From an uncultured Actinomycetes bacterium (GTDB taxonomy: Bacteria; Actinomycetota; Thermoleophilia; Gaiellales; JAICJC01), in NCBI GenBank assembly GCA_963843705.1, contig CAWJLQ010000005.1, forward strand, positions 668,552 to 732,551: a stretch of 64,000 bases of DNA, read 5' to 3'. The translations under genes and the position numbers were made by a program. Positions 53,648 through 62,578 of the stretch are shown piece by piece. Each line of letters opens with the position of its first letter. Position 1 is the first letter of the stretch. The notes beneath the pieces are model-generated. The model was not told the origin of the DNA and made no database searches. It was given only the letters and a program-made list of their open reading frames with translations.

Positions 53648-54913
53648 CTACGCGGCGGCCTGCTCGGGCTCCGCCAGCACGATCGCGGGCGCCTGCTCCC
53701 CGCCGGGCCGCATGAGCCACGCGGCGACCGCCGCGGCCAGCAGCTGGCCGAGACCCGCGCCGAAGAGCAGCCGGTGGACGCCGAGGTGGCTCACGAGCAG
53801 CCCCGCCAGGAACGCCCCCGCCGGCGCTCCGGCGGCGTTGATCGAGACGGTGATGGCGAAGATCCGGCCGTGCAGGCGCGAGTCGACGGCGGTCTGGCGA
53901 ATCGCGAACATGGCGATGATGAACGGCGCCGAGCACAGGCCGGACACGAACATGCAGCCGATGCCGGCCCAGAGCGACCCGGCGAACGGGACGAGCAGGA
54001 GCGGCAGCCCGAAGAGCGCCGTGAAGACCACGACGTGGCGCTGGTGGGAGCCCGGCGGCCGCCGCCAGCCGTACGTGAGGCCACCGATGATCGACCCGAC
54101 CGACGCCGCCGCCCACATCCACCCGGCCACGCCCGGCGACAGGTGCAGCGTGCCCCGCGCCCACAGCGGCAGGCCGATCGTGAAGCAGCCGTAGCCGAGA
54201 CCCGAGACCACCATCAGCGCGACCGTCGCCCGCAGCTGCGTGTGCGAGAGCACGGCCCGCAGTCCGGCGATGGCGGCCTCGAGCGGCGGCTCGGTCTCGA
54301 CGATGCGCCCCGCCGGCTCGCGCACACGTGAGGCGACGGCACCGGCCACGAGGGTCGCCGCCGCCTGCAGCCCGATCGCCCAGGGGGCGCCGACGAGCGT
54401 GACGGCCGCGCCCGCCAGCGCCGGCCCGACCACGAACGCCGCGTCGAACGACACGGAGTCCGCCGCGTTCGCCTCGTTCCAGAGCGCCCGGGGCACGGCC
54501 ACCGGAATCAGTGAACGGAAGCCTGTCGTCGGGATCGGGAACGTCGCCCCGAGGCCGGCCAGCAGGACGAGCAGGACTGCGGCGGGCGGGTGCAGCAGCT
54601 GGCCGCACGCGATGACGGCGAAGAGCAGCGACGCCCGCACGAGCTGGGTGACGACGATGCCTCGCACGCGGGCGCGGGTGCGGTCGAGCCAGGCGCCCAC
54701 GAACGGCCCGGTCAGGATCCCCGGCAGCAACTGGGCGGCCGCTCCGGCGCCGGCGATGGCGGCGCTGTGGGTCGCGTCGAGCAGGTAGATGACGACGCCG
54801 ACCTGGCTCATCGAGTTGGCCAGGCGCGAGAGGGCGACGGCCGAGATCAGCGCGGGGTACCCGGGGACGCGGAGCAGCGCTCCGTAGCCCGCCGACGCGC
54901 CCTTCACACCCAT
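53648..54913 (-). CDS. MFS transporter
   Basis: 421 aa with 12 hydrophobic segments. Confidence 0.85.
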   Translation of the reverse strand: MGVKGASAGYGALLRVPGYPALISAVALSRLANSMSQVGVVIYLLDATHSAAIAGAGAAAQLLPGILTGPFVGAWLDRTRARVRGIVVTQLVRASLLFAVIACGQLLHPPAAVLLVLLAGLGATFPIPTTGFRSLIPVAVPRALWNEANAADSVSFDAAFVVGPALAGAAVTLVGAPWAIGLQAAATLVAGAVASRVREPAGRIVETEPPLEAAIAGLRAVLSHTQLRATVALMVVSGLGYGCFTIGLPLWARGTLHLSPGVAGWMWAAASVGSIIGGLTYGWRRPPGSHQRHVVVFTALFGLPLLLVPFAGSLWAGIGCMFVSGLCSAPFIIAMFAIRQTAVDSRLHGRIFAITVSINAAGAPAGAFLAGLLVSHLGVHRLLFGAGLGQLLAAAVAAWLMRPGGEQAPAIVLAEPEQAAA

Positions 54914-54924
54914 CGGAGCGGATC

Positions 54925-56094
54925 ATGCCATCTATGCTCGCGGTGATGAGCCGGATCCGAGCCGCCGTCGTCCACGCCCCCGGCCGCTTCGCCGTCGAGT
55001 CGTTCCCGCAGCCCGACCCCGGCCCGGGCGCGGTGCTCCTGCGCATGCACTACTCCGGCATCTGCGGCACCGACAAGCACACCTGGCGGGGAGAGAGCCT
55101 GCAGTACGCCGGCACCGATCACGAGCGCGAGGCCGCCTACCCCCTGATCTGCGGTCACGAGAACGTGGGCGTGGTCGAGGCGATCGGTCCCGGCGAGCCG
55201 CCGGTCGACGCAGACGGCGTCGCGCTCCAGGTGGGCGACCGGGTCGTACCGGCCCCGAACCTCACCTGCGGCCGCTGCCGCTTCTGCCTCGGCGAGGGCT
55301 ACTCGTACTACCTGTGCACGGCCCTCGAGGACTACGGCAACTCGCTCAGCTGCGCATCGCCGCCGCACCTGTTCGGCGGCTGGTCGGAGCTGATGTACCT
55401 GCTGCCGGGCACCTTCTACTTCCGGGTGCCCGACGGCCTCCCCTCCGAGCTGGCCGCGCTGACCGAGATCCTGGCGGTGACGAACGGGCTCGACCGCGCC
55501 CGTGCCCTCCCGGGCGGGTTCGAGTTCGGGGCGACGGTGGCCGTGCTCGGCGTCGGCCCGCTCGGCCTGATGCACCTGGCCAAGGCGGAGATGATGGGTG
55601 CCGGCGGCCTGATCGGCGTCGATGTGATGCCCGAGCGGCTCGAGCACGCTCGCGCCTTCGGCGCCGGGCTCGTGCTGGACGCGGCCCGCACGACGCCCGG
55701 CGAGCGGCTGGAAGCCGTCCGCGCCGCCACGACCGGGTTCGGCGCCGACGTCGTCTGCAGCTGCTCGGGCCGGGCGGAGACCATGATCGAGGCGCTCGAC
55801 CTCGTCCGGCCGGGCGGCGTCGTCATCGAGGCGGGCGCGTTCGTCGACATGGGGCCGGTGCCGATCAATCCGAACAGCCAGGTGTGCAGCAAGGGCGTGA
55901 CGATCATCGGCGTCGGCGGCGAGACGCTCGACCAGTACCGCCCCGCGCTCGCGATGCTCGACCGCCACCGCGGCCGGCTGCCGTTCGCACGCGCGATCAC
56001 CCACCGCGTGACGCTCGATCAGGTCGGCGACGCGCTCGAGCTCGCCCAGACCGGTGCGGCGATGAAGGTGCTGGTCGCGCCGAACGGGTTCTGA
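54925..56094 (+). CDS. Zinc-dependent medium-chain alcohol/polyol dehydrogenase
   Basis: GICGTDKH, GHENVG, CGRCRFC (structural Zn), GVGPLGL. GGAG lies 6 nt upstream of ATG 54925. Confidence 0.88.
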   Translation: MPSMLAVMSRIRAAVVHAPGRFAVESFPQPDPGPGAVLLRMHYSGICGTDKHTWRGESLQYAGTDHEREAAYPLICGHENVGVVEAIGPGEPPVDADGVALQVGDRVVPAPNLTCGRCRFCLGEGYSYYLCTALEDYGNSLSCASPPHLFGGWSELMYLLPGTFYFRVPDGLPSELAALTEILAVTNGLDRARALPGGFEFGATVAVLGVGPLGLMHLAKAEMMGAGGLIGVDVMPERLEHARAFGAGLVLDAARTTPGERLEAVRAATTGFGADVVCSCSGRAETMIEALDLVRPGGVVIEAGAFVDMGPVPINPNSQVCSKGVTIIGVGGETLDQYRPALAMLDRHRGRLPFARAITHRVTLDQVGDALELAQTGAAMKVLVAPNGF

Positions 56095-56208
56095 CCAGGC
56101 CTGGAGGAAATCGTGGCGATGATTTGGGCCTGCGGAGCGCCGTGCGGGCTTGATTTCGTGGCAGTCAGCATCGAGGCGGGGTTGTCGACCGCCCACTCGC
56201 AGGGTCGT

Positions 56209-56778
56209 CTATGCCGCAGCCTGACCATGGCGTGGGCGGAGGCGGAGGATCAGCAGGATGCCCGCCCCTGCCACAACGGTGATGGCCGCGAGCGCCAGCA
56301 GCCCAGGCACCCACGGACTCGAACTCCCTCGAGTCGTCGGAGTAGGGCTGGCGTTGGGAACCAGGCGTGCCTGGCCGTGTACCGGGTCGTTCGTGATTGG
56401 GAAGAGCAGATCGGCACGTCCGCCGACGCTGCTGAGGCCGTGGATGCCGATCTGGACGCCCCCGATCCCACCCTCTGGGACGGTGACGGTGGCGGCATAG
56501 CTGCCGCCGGCCTGGAAGGTGGCGGTCGCCACTGTCGACGCGGCACCCGACGCGCTGCGAAGGCGCACGAACACGCCCTGACCGCCGAACGGCTCGCGTT
56601 TGCCGTCGTGCCCGCGATATGAGAGCGTCCAACTGACCCTGACCTGCGCTCCCGGCTTCGCGTTTAGCGGGAACTGCGGCGCGAGGGTCGCCTTCACGCT
56701 GTCCTTCCCCCAAGCGACACTCCCGGCCGCCGCGAGGGTGACGAGCACCGCCACCACGACCAGGGAGACTCTCTTCAT
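56209..56778 (-). CDS. Secreted hypothetical protein with a C-terminal membrane anchor
   Basis: ATG 56778 (MKRVSLVVVAVLVTLAAAGSVAWG signal peptide), a beta-rich middle part, a PT-rich linker and a terminal TM plus basic tail. GC3 is visibly lower than in neighbouring genes. Confidence 0.55.
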   Translation of the reverse strand: MKRVSLVVVAVLVTLAAAGSVAWGKDSVKATLAPQFPLNAKPGAQVRVSWTLSYRGHDGKREPFGGQGVFVRLRSASGAASTVATATFQAGGSYAATVTVPEGGIGGVQIGIHGLSSVGGRADLLFPITNDPVHGQARLVPNASPTPTTRGSSSPWVPGLLALAAITVVAGAGILLILRLRPRHGQAAA

Positions 56779-56842
56779 ACGAATCAGGATACCCCTGCGC
56801 TCGATGCGTCTGCCACAACTACACGCTCGGCCCCCTGCGCGC

Positions 56843-57775
56843 TCAGCGGTACCACTCGCGCGGCGGCTGCGGCAGCGGGCCGACGCGCTCGCGCCACGGC
56901 GTGGCCAAGCGCTCCGCAATCGCGGCCAGGCGCTCGAGCAGCGGCCGCGAGCGCGTCTCCAACGCCCGCCGCGACTCGCCGGCGTCGGCGACCAGGCCGG
57001 CGTCGAACAGGGTGCGGCCCACGATGAACCCGCTCGCCCCGGCCCGGCACGCGTCCTCGATCCGGCCGCCGATGACGTCCTCGCTCGCGCCGCCTCCGAG
57101 CAGCACCCAGGGCACGAGCGGGCCGCACGCCCGGTCGAGCGCCTCGCAGGCGGCGGCGTCGCCGGGGTACTGCAGCTTGAGCACGTCCGGCTCGAGCGCC
57201 GCCAGCCGGCGCGCGCCCTCGACGACGAGCTCGGCGAAGCGTCCGCCGCCGGCCGTGTCCTCGCCCTCGCGTTGGTAGACGATCGGCTCGACGATCAGGG
57301 CCAGGCCGGCCTCGCGGCAGCCGGCCACGGCGGTGCGCACGACCCCCTCCTGCCCGGCCGCCTGGGCCGGGACGTCGGCCCGGTAGGGCAGCAGGAGCTT
57401 CGCGCCCGACGCTCCCAGCCGCGCCGCCTTGGCGGGCGACCAGCCCTCCAGGAACGCCGTCCGCTCGACCCGGGCGACGTCGCCGTAGCCCATCGCCTCG
57501 AGCGGGACGACGAGCGCCGTCGCTCCCGGCAGCGCGCCGGCGGCGATGGCCTGGGCGGCGGCGTACTCGGCATCGAGCAGGATCATCGTCGCGGCGGGCG
57601 CGAGCGCGGCGGCGACGCGCAGCTTGAGCTCGGTGATGCCGGCGTCGGTGAGCTCGAGGCCGCGCTTGGCGAGGACGACCTGCAGGGCGTCGCGGTGGTC
57701 GACGGCGGCGCCCGCGATCACGCCCCGCGGGGACGCCAGTCGGTCGAGGGCGCGGGCGCGCTGCGCCGAGCGCAT
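56843..57775 (-). CDS. Class I aldolase of the DeoC/LacD family (candidate keto-deoxy-phosphosugar aldolase of the inositol route)
   Basis: ATG 57775 lies inside ORF 56843..58414. VIAGAAVDHRDAL..., ILLDAEY..., KLLLPY... is LacD-like. Confidence 0.7.
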   Translation of the reverse strand: MRSAQRARALDRLASPRGVIAGAAVDHRDALQVVLAKRGLELTDAGITELKLRVAAALAPAATMILLDAEYAAAQAIAAGALPGATALVVPLEAMGYGDVARVERTAFLEGWSPAKAARLGASGAKLLLPYRADVPAQAAGQEGVVRTAVAGCREAGLALIVEPIVYQREGEDTAGGGRFAELVVEGARRLAALEPDVLKLQYPGDAAACEALDRACGPLVPWVLLGGGASEDVIGGRIEDACRAGASGFIVGRTLFDAGLVADAGESRRALETRSRPLLERLAAIAERLATPWRERVGPLPQPPREWYR

Positions 57776-57783
57776 GTGCCCGC

Positions 57784-58896
57784 TCACGCCGTCACCCCGA
57801 TCGCCGCGCGGGCGACGTCGGTCAGGAGCCGGGCGTCGCGCATGGCCTGCTCGACCGTGTTTCGCACCGGGGCGCCGTGCACGGCGCTCGCGTGGAACGC
57901 CTCGAGCTCGCGCACGAACGCCTCCCCGTAGCCCGCCTCGACGTGCAGCGTGTCCAGCCGCAGGCCCTGCGACCGGCGCACGCGCAGCGCCGTCTGCTGG
58001 TGGTTCAGATAGGGCGAGGGGAACTCCAGCTCGATCACCCGGTCGGTGAAGTGCAGCACGTAGCGCTCGTGGTACCACCCGACACCGGGAACGAGCACCT
58101 GGACCAGGTGCCAGAGCGCCTGGCCGTCGAGCAGCGAGACCGTGCCGGATGCGCCCTCCCCGCCCGCGAAGATGTGTCCGCCGACGACGGGGCCGGGTGC
58201 GATCCCCATGCTGTCGAGCATGCCGTGCACGGCGTTCACGCAGTGCACGACCCCCGACATCAGCGGGTCGACGTAGCCGCGCAGATCGTCGCCGTCGACC
58301 GCGACCCCGAGCGCCTCGGCCACCTGCGCCCGCTGGCGGGCGCGCGCATCGTCGACGAGCTCCGGGGGCACGTCGTCGGGGCGCGTGAGCGGCCGGTGGG
58401 CGACGAACGGCCACGAGTCCGGATCGGCCACCTCGACCGAGATGTAGCGCAGCCCCTCCCCGCCCTCCGGCAGCAGCTCGAGCGCCGCCTCGTAATTGGG
58501 GTCGTAGCGCTTCATGTAGCCGACCTGGACGATCCGGCCGGTGCGGTCGCGGGCGGCGGCGATCGCGGCCGCCTCGGCGTCCGTGAAGCAGAGCGGCTTC
58601 TCGCAGAAGACGTGGGCGCCGGCGTCGAGCGCGGCCAGCACGGTCGACGCGTGCAGCGGGTCGGGCACGGCCACGAGCACCGCGTCCAGCCGCTCGCGCA
58701 GGAGCTCGTCGGCGGAGCCGAACACCGGCACGCCGTGACGGGCGGCGACTGCGGCCCGCACCCGCAGCGACGGATCGGCCACCCCGGCCAGCTCGAACCG
58801 GTCGGCCAGGAACAGGAGGTTCGGGATGTGCTCGACCTGGGCGATCATCCCCGCCCCGATCACGCCGACCCGCAGACGGCCGTCAGCCACGCCCAC
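57784..58896 (-). CDS. Gfo/Idh/MocA family oxidoreductase
   Basis: RVGVIGAGMIAQ... is the Rossmann motif. HVFCEKPL. Confidence 0.85.
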   Translation of the reverse strand: MGVADGRLRVGVIGAGMIAQVEHIPNLLFLADRFELAGVADPSLRVRAAVAARHGVPVFGSADELLRERLDAVLVAVPDPLHASTVLAALDAGAHVFCEKPLCFTDAEAAAIAAARDRTGRIVQVGYMKRYDPNYEAALELLPEGGEGLRYISVEVADPDSWPFVAHRPLTRPDDVPPELVDDARARQRAQVAEALGVAVDGDDLRGYVDPLMSGVVHCVNAVHGMLDSMGIAPGPVVGGHIFAGGEGASGTVSLLDGQALWHLVQVLVPGVGWYHERYVLHFTDRVIELEFPSPYLNHQQTALRVRRSQGLRLDTLHVEAGYGEAFVRELEAFHASAVHGAPVRNTVEQAMRDARLLTDVARAAIGVTA

Positions 58897-60757
58897 CGCC
58901 GGTGAAGGGCCGCTCGCGCAGCCGCTCGCGGTCGTAGTCCGCGCGCGCCGCCTGCACCGGCGGCATCGTCGACACCTCGGCCACGGGCACGTCCCACCAC
59001 GACTCGTATGCGCCGACGCCGCGGGCCGGGTCGCACTCGCACACGATCACGGTGGTGCGGTCGGCGGAGCGCGCCCGGCGCAGCTCATCCGCCAGCTGCC
59101 CGGCCGTCTCGGCCCGCACGGCGATCGCGCCGAGCCCGGCGGCGCTCGCCACCAGGTCGAGCGCGACCGGCGCACCCGACAGCTGGCCGTCCGGGCCGCG
59201 CATCCGGTAGGCGGTTCCGAACCCGCCCGAGCCCAGCGACCGCGAGAGGCCCCCGATCGACCCGAAGCCGTGGTTGTCGATCAGGACGATGGTCAGGCGC
59301 ACGCCCTCCTGCACGGAGGTCGCGACCTCGGACGACATCAGCAGCCACGACCCGTCGCCGACCATGACCACGACCTCGCGGCCGGGGTCGGCCAGCTTCA
59401 CGCCGAGGCCGCCCGCGACCTCGTAGCCCATGCACGAGTAGCCGTACTCGACGTGGTAGCCCTTGGGGTCGCGCGTGCGCCACAGCTTGTGCAGGTCGCC
59501 GGGCATGCTCCCGGCCGCACACACGACAACGTCGGGCGGGTCGCAGACCGCGTTCACCGTGCCGATCGCCTGCGCCTGCGTCATCGCGGCGCCGGGCTCG
59601 CCGGCGTACAGGCGCGCCACCTCGGCGTCCCACTCCCGCCCGAGCTGCGCCGCCCGCTCGGCGTGGGCGGCGTGCACCCGGTGGCCGGCGAGTGCGCCGG
59701 TCAGCGCCTCGAGCCCGGAGCGGGCGTCGCCGACGAGCGGAAGCGCGCCCAGCTTGTGCGCGTCGAACGCGGCCACGTTCAGGGCGACGACGCGCACGTC
59801 GGGATCCTGGAAGGCGGTGCGCGACGCGGTGGTGAAGTCGCCCATCCGCGTGCCCACCGCCAGCACGAGGTCGGCGTCCCTGGCGACGAGATTGGCCGCC
59901 CTGGTGCCCGTGGCGCCGACGGCTCCGAGCGCCGACGCATGGTCGTACGGGAGCGAGCCCTTGCCCGCCTGCGTCTCGGCGACGGGGATGCCGGTGGCCT
60001 CCGCCAGCGCGCGCAGCGCACCGGTGGCCTCGGAGTAGATCACGCCGCCGCCGGCCACGATCAGCGGCCGCCGCGCCGCCCGGATCAGGCGGGCGGCCTC
60101 CGCGACCGCGGCGGCGTCCGGCGCGGGCCGGGCGATCCGCCACACGCGCGGGGCGAAGAGCTCGACCGGATAGTCGTGGGCCTCGGCCTGGACGTCCTGC
60201 GGCAGCGCCAGCGTGACCGCGCCCGTCTCGGCCTGGTCGGTCAGCACCCGCATCGCCTCGAGCAGCGAGGCGGGCAGCTGGTCGGGGCGGTTGATGCGGT
60301 CGAAGAAGCGGCTCACCGGCCGGAAGGCGTCGTTCACCGACGCGTCCGGCTGCCCCGGCGCCTCGAGCTGCTGCAGCACCGGGCTCACCCGCCGCGACGC
60401 GAAGACGTCGCCGGGCAGGAGCAGCACCGGCAGGCGGTTGATCGTGGCGAGGGCCGCGCCCGTCACCATGTTGGTCGCGCCCGGCCCGATCGACGACGTG
60501 CACGCCCACGTCTGCAGGCGGTTCTTGTGCCGGGCGTAGGCGACGGCCGTGTGCACCATCGCCTGCTCGTTTCGGGGCAGCACGTAGCGCAGGCCGCCGT
60601 GCTCTTGGAGCGCCTGACCGACGCCCGCGACGTTGCCGTGGCCGAAGATGCCCAGCACGCCGGCGAAGAGCGGCGCCGCGGCGCCGTCGCGCTCGACCCG
60701 CTGCTCGGCCAGGAAGGCCACGAGCGCCTGCGCCGTCGTCATCCGCCGGGTGCTCAT
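58883..60757 (-). CDS. iolD: 3D-(3,5/4)-trihydroxycyclohexane-1,2-dione acylhydrolase (ThDP enzyme IolD)
   Basis: ATG 60757 (ATGA overlap with the permease gene). LGIFGHGNVAG..., SSIGPGATNMVT, and the ThDP motif GDGSWLLMSSEVATSVQEG...LIDNHGFGSI. Confidence 0.9.
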   Translation of the reverse strand: MSTRRMTTAQALVAFLAEQRVERDGAAAPLFAGVLGIFGHGNVAGVGQALQEHGGLRYVLPRNEQAMVHTAVAYARHKNRLQTWACTSSIGPGATNMVTGAALATINRLPVLLLPGDVFASRRVSPVLQQLEAPGQPDASVNDAFRPVSRFFDRINRPDQLPASLLEAMRVLTDQAETGAVTLALPQDVQAEAHDYPVELFAPRVWRIARPAPDAAAVAEAARLIRAARRPLIVAGGGVIYSEATGALRALAEATGIPVAETQAGKGSLPYDHASALGAVGATGTRAANLVARDADLVLAVGTRMGDFTTASRTAFQDPDVRVVALNVAAFDAHKLGALPLVGDARSGLEALTGALAGHRVHAAHAERAAQLGREWDAEVARLYAGEPGAAMTQAQAIGTVNAVCDPPDVVVCAAGSMPGDLHKLWRTRDPKGYHVEYGYSCMGYEVAGGLGVKLADPGREVVVMVGDGSWLLMSSEVATSVQEGVRLTIVLIDNHGFGSIGGLSRSLGSGGFGTAYRMRGPDGQLSGAPVALDLVASAAGLGAIAVRAETAGQLADELRRARSADRTTVIVCECDPARGVGAYESWWDVPVAEVSTMPPVQAARADYDRERLRERPFTGGGRG

Positions 60758-61581
60758 TTCACCGCCCCGAGCGTGAGCCCGCGCACGAAGTGGCGCTGCA
60801 CGGCCAGCGCGAAGATCACGATCGGGAGGGCGCCGATCACTCCGGCGGCCGCCATCGGGCCGTACTCGATCTGGATCTTGCCGATCAGCGTGGACACGCC
60901 GACCGGGACGGTCTGGGCGTTCTGCGTCGAGGTCAGCGACAGCGCGATCAGGAAATCGTTGTAGGTGGTGATGACGCTGAAGATCGCGGTCGCCGCGAGG
61001 CCCGGCGCGGCGAGGGGGATGACCACGCGCACGAGGGCCGACAGGCGCGAGTCGCCGTCGACCATCGCCGCCTCCTCGATGTCGCGCGGGATCTCGGCCA
61101 GGAAGCTCTGCATCATCCAGATCACGAAGCTCGTGTTGAGCCCGGAGTAGATCAGGATCAGCCCCAGCTTGGTGTCGAGCAGGCCCCACTTGGCGAGGGT
61201 GATGTAGAGCGGGATGACCAGCAGGATGCCGGGGATCATCCGCACCATCAGGGCGACCACCAGCGCCGACTGGTTGAGCCCGAAGCGCATCCGGAAGCGG
61301 GCCAGCGCGTAGGCGGCGAGCGTCCCGATGGCCAGGCTCGCAGCCACCGAGACCGCCACCACCTCGAGGCTGTTCTGGAGATACGAGCCGAAGTGGTACA
61401 CGTCGAAGAGCCGCGAGTAGTTGGTCGTGGTCGGATGGCGGGGATAGAGGGTGACGCCGCCGAAGATGTCCACCGGCTGCTTGAGCGACGTGTCGACCAT
61501 CCACCAGAACGGGAAGATCGCGATCACGAGGATGACCCCGAGCGTCGTGTAGAGCGCGATGCGGGGGGCGCGCGCCCTCAT
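60754..61581 (-). CDS. Carbohydrate ABC transporter permease (MalG type)
   Basis: ATG 61581 (ATGA overlap). EAA loop: IEEAAMVDGDSRLSALVRVVIPLAAP. Confidence 0.9.
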   Translation of the reverse strand: MRARAPRIALYTTLGVILVIAIFPFWWMVDTSLKQPVDIFGGVTLYPRHPTTTNYSRLFDVYHFGSYLQNSLEVVAVSVAASLAIGTLAAYALARFRMRFGLNQSALVVALMVRMIPGILLVIPLYITLAKWGLLDTKLGLILIYSGLNTSFVIWMMQSFLAEIPRDIEEAAMVDGDSRLSALVRVVIPLAAPGLAATAIFSVITTYNDFLIALSLTSTQNAQTVPVGVSTLIGKIQIEYGPMAAAGVIGALPIVIFALAVQRHFVRGLTLGAVK

Positions 61582-62486
61582 ACGGCCGTCCTCCGCATCA
61601 GCCGCACGGCGACGAGCATCAGCAGGAACACCATGGCGAGCAGCGAGATCAGCATCGCCGCCGCCTGGCCGTACTGGGTGAACAGGAACGCCGTGTTGTA
61701 GGCGTAGATCGAGATCAGCCGCGTGGCCGTGCCCGGCCCGCCCTGGGTGAGGACGTAGATCTGGTCGAACGTCCCGATGGCGTCGATCGTGCGCAGCACG
61801 ACCGCCACCAGCAGCACGGGGCGCAGAAGCGGCAGGGTGTGGTCGAGGAAGAGGCGCACGCGGCCGGCGCCGTCGACGAGCGCCGCCTCGAGCGGCTCCT
61901 GCGGCAGCGACTGCAGGCCGGCGAGCAGGATCAGGAAGATGAGCGGCGTCCACTCCCACACGTCGACGAGGACGACGCTCCAAAACGCGCTGCCGTTGTG
62001 GGCGAGCACGTCCGGTGGGTTCAGGCCGAAAAGCTGGAAGAGCGGGTCGGTGACGCCGACGCCGGAGTCGTAGAGCAGGCGCCACATGACGCCGACGACG
62101 ACGGGTGCGATCGTCATCGGCAGGATCAGGCCGACCCGGATCGGGCCGCCGAAGCGGATCTCGCGCGAGACGAGCAGGGCCAGGCCGAGCCCGAGCAGGG
62201 TCTCGATGGTGACGCAGATGACGACGTAGCGGGCGGTGGTCTCCATCGCCTGGCGGAAGAACTCGTCGTGCCAGACGTTGCGGTAGTTGGTGAGGCCGTC
62301 GGTGCCGAAGTCGCGCCCGTACAGGTAGTGCGTGATGCTGGCGCGGACGCCGTAGAAGAGCGGGTACAGCGAGACCCCGGCGAGCGCGATCGCCGCCGGC
62401 ACGAGCAGCAGATACGGGCTGGCCAGGAACCGCCTCGTCCGCACGCCGCGCACGCGCTCCGGCTGCGGCGCCACCGTCTCGGCCAT
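61578..62486 (-). CDS. Carbohydrate ABC transporter permease (MalF type)
   Basis: 302-aa ORF. EAA loop: LEAALVDGAGRVRLFLDHTLPLL. Confidence 0.9.
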   Translation of the reverse strand: MAETVAPQPERVRGVRTRRFLASPYLLLVPAAIALAGVSLYPLFYGVRASITHYLYGRDFGTDGLTNYRNVWHDEFFRQAMETTARYVVICVTIETLLGLGLALLVSREIRFGGPIRVGLILPMTIAPVVVGVMWRLLYDSGVGVTDPLFQLFGLNPPDVLAHNGSAFWSVVLVDVWEWTPLIFLILLAGLQSLPQEPLEAALVDGAGRVRLFLDHTLPLLRPVLLVAVVLRTIDAIGTFDQIYVLTQGGPGTATRLISIYAYNTAFLFTQYGQAAAMLISLLAMVFLLMLVAVRLMRRTAV

Positions 62487-62516
62487 GCGCTAGACGCCCC
62501 TCCGGGCAGGGGCCAG

Positions 62517-62561
62517 CCCCACGCCAATTGGCGTCCGTCTCGAGTGCCAATTGGCGTGGGG
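62517..62561 (-). promoter_or_regulatory. Intercistronic 16-bp perfect stem-loop between the binding-protein and permease genes
   Basis: CCCCACGCCAATTGGC - 13 nt - GCCAATTGGCGTGGGG. Each arm also contains the self-palindrome GCCAATTGGC. Confidence 0.6.
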
Positions 62562-62578
62562 GGGATCGGCCGTCACGA

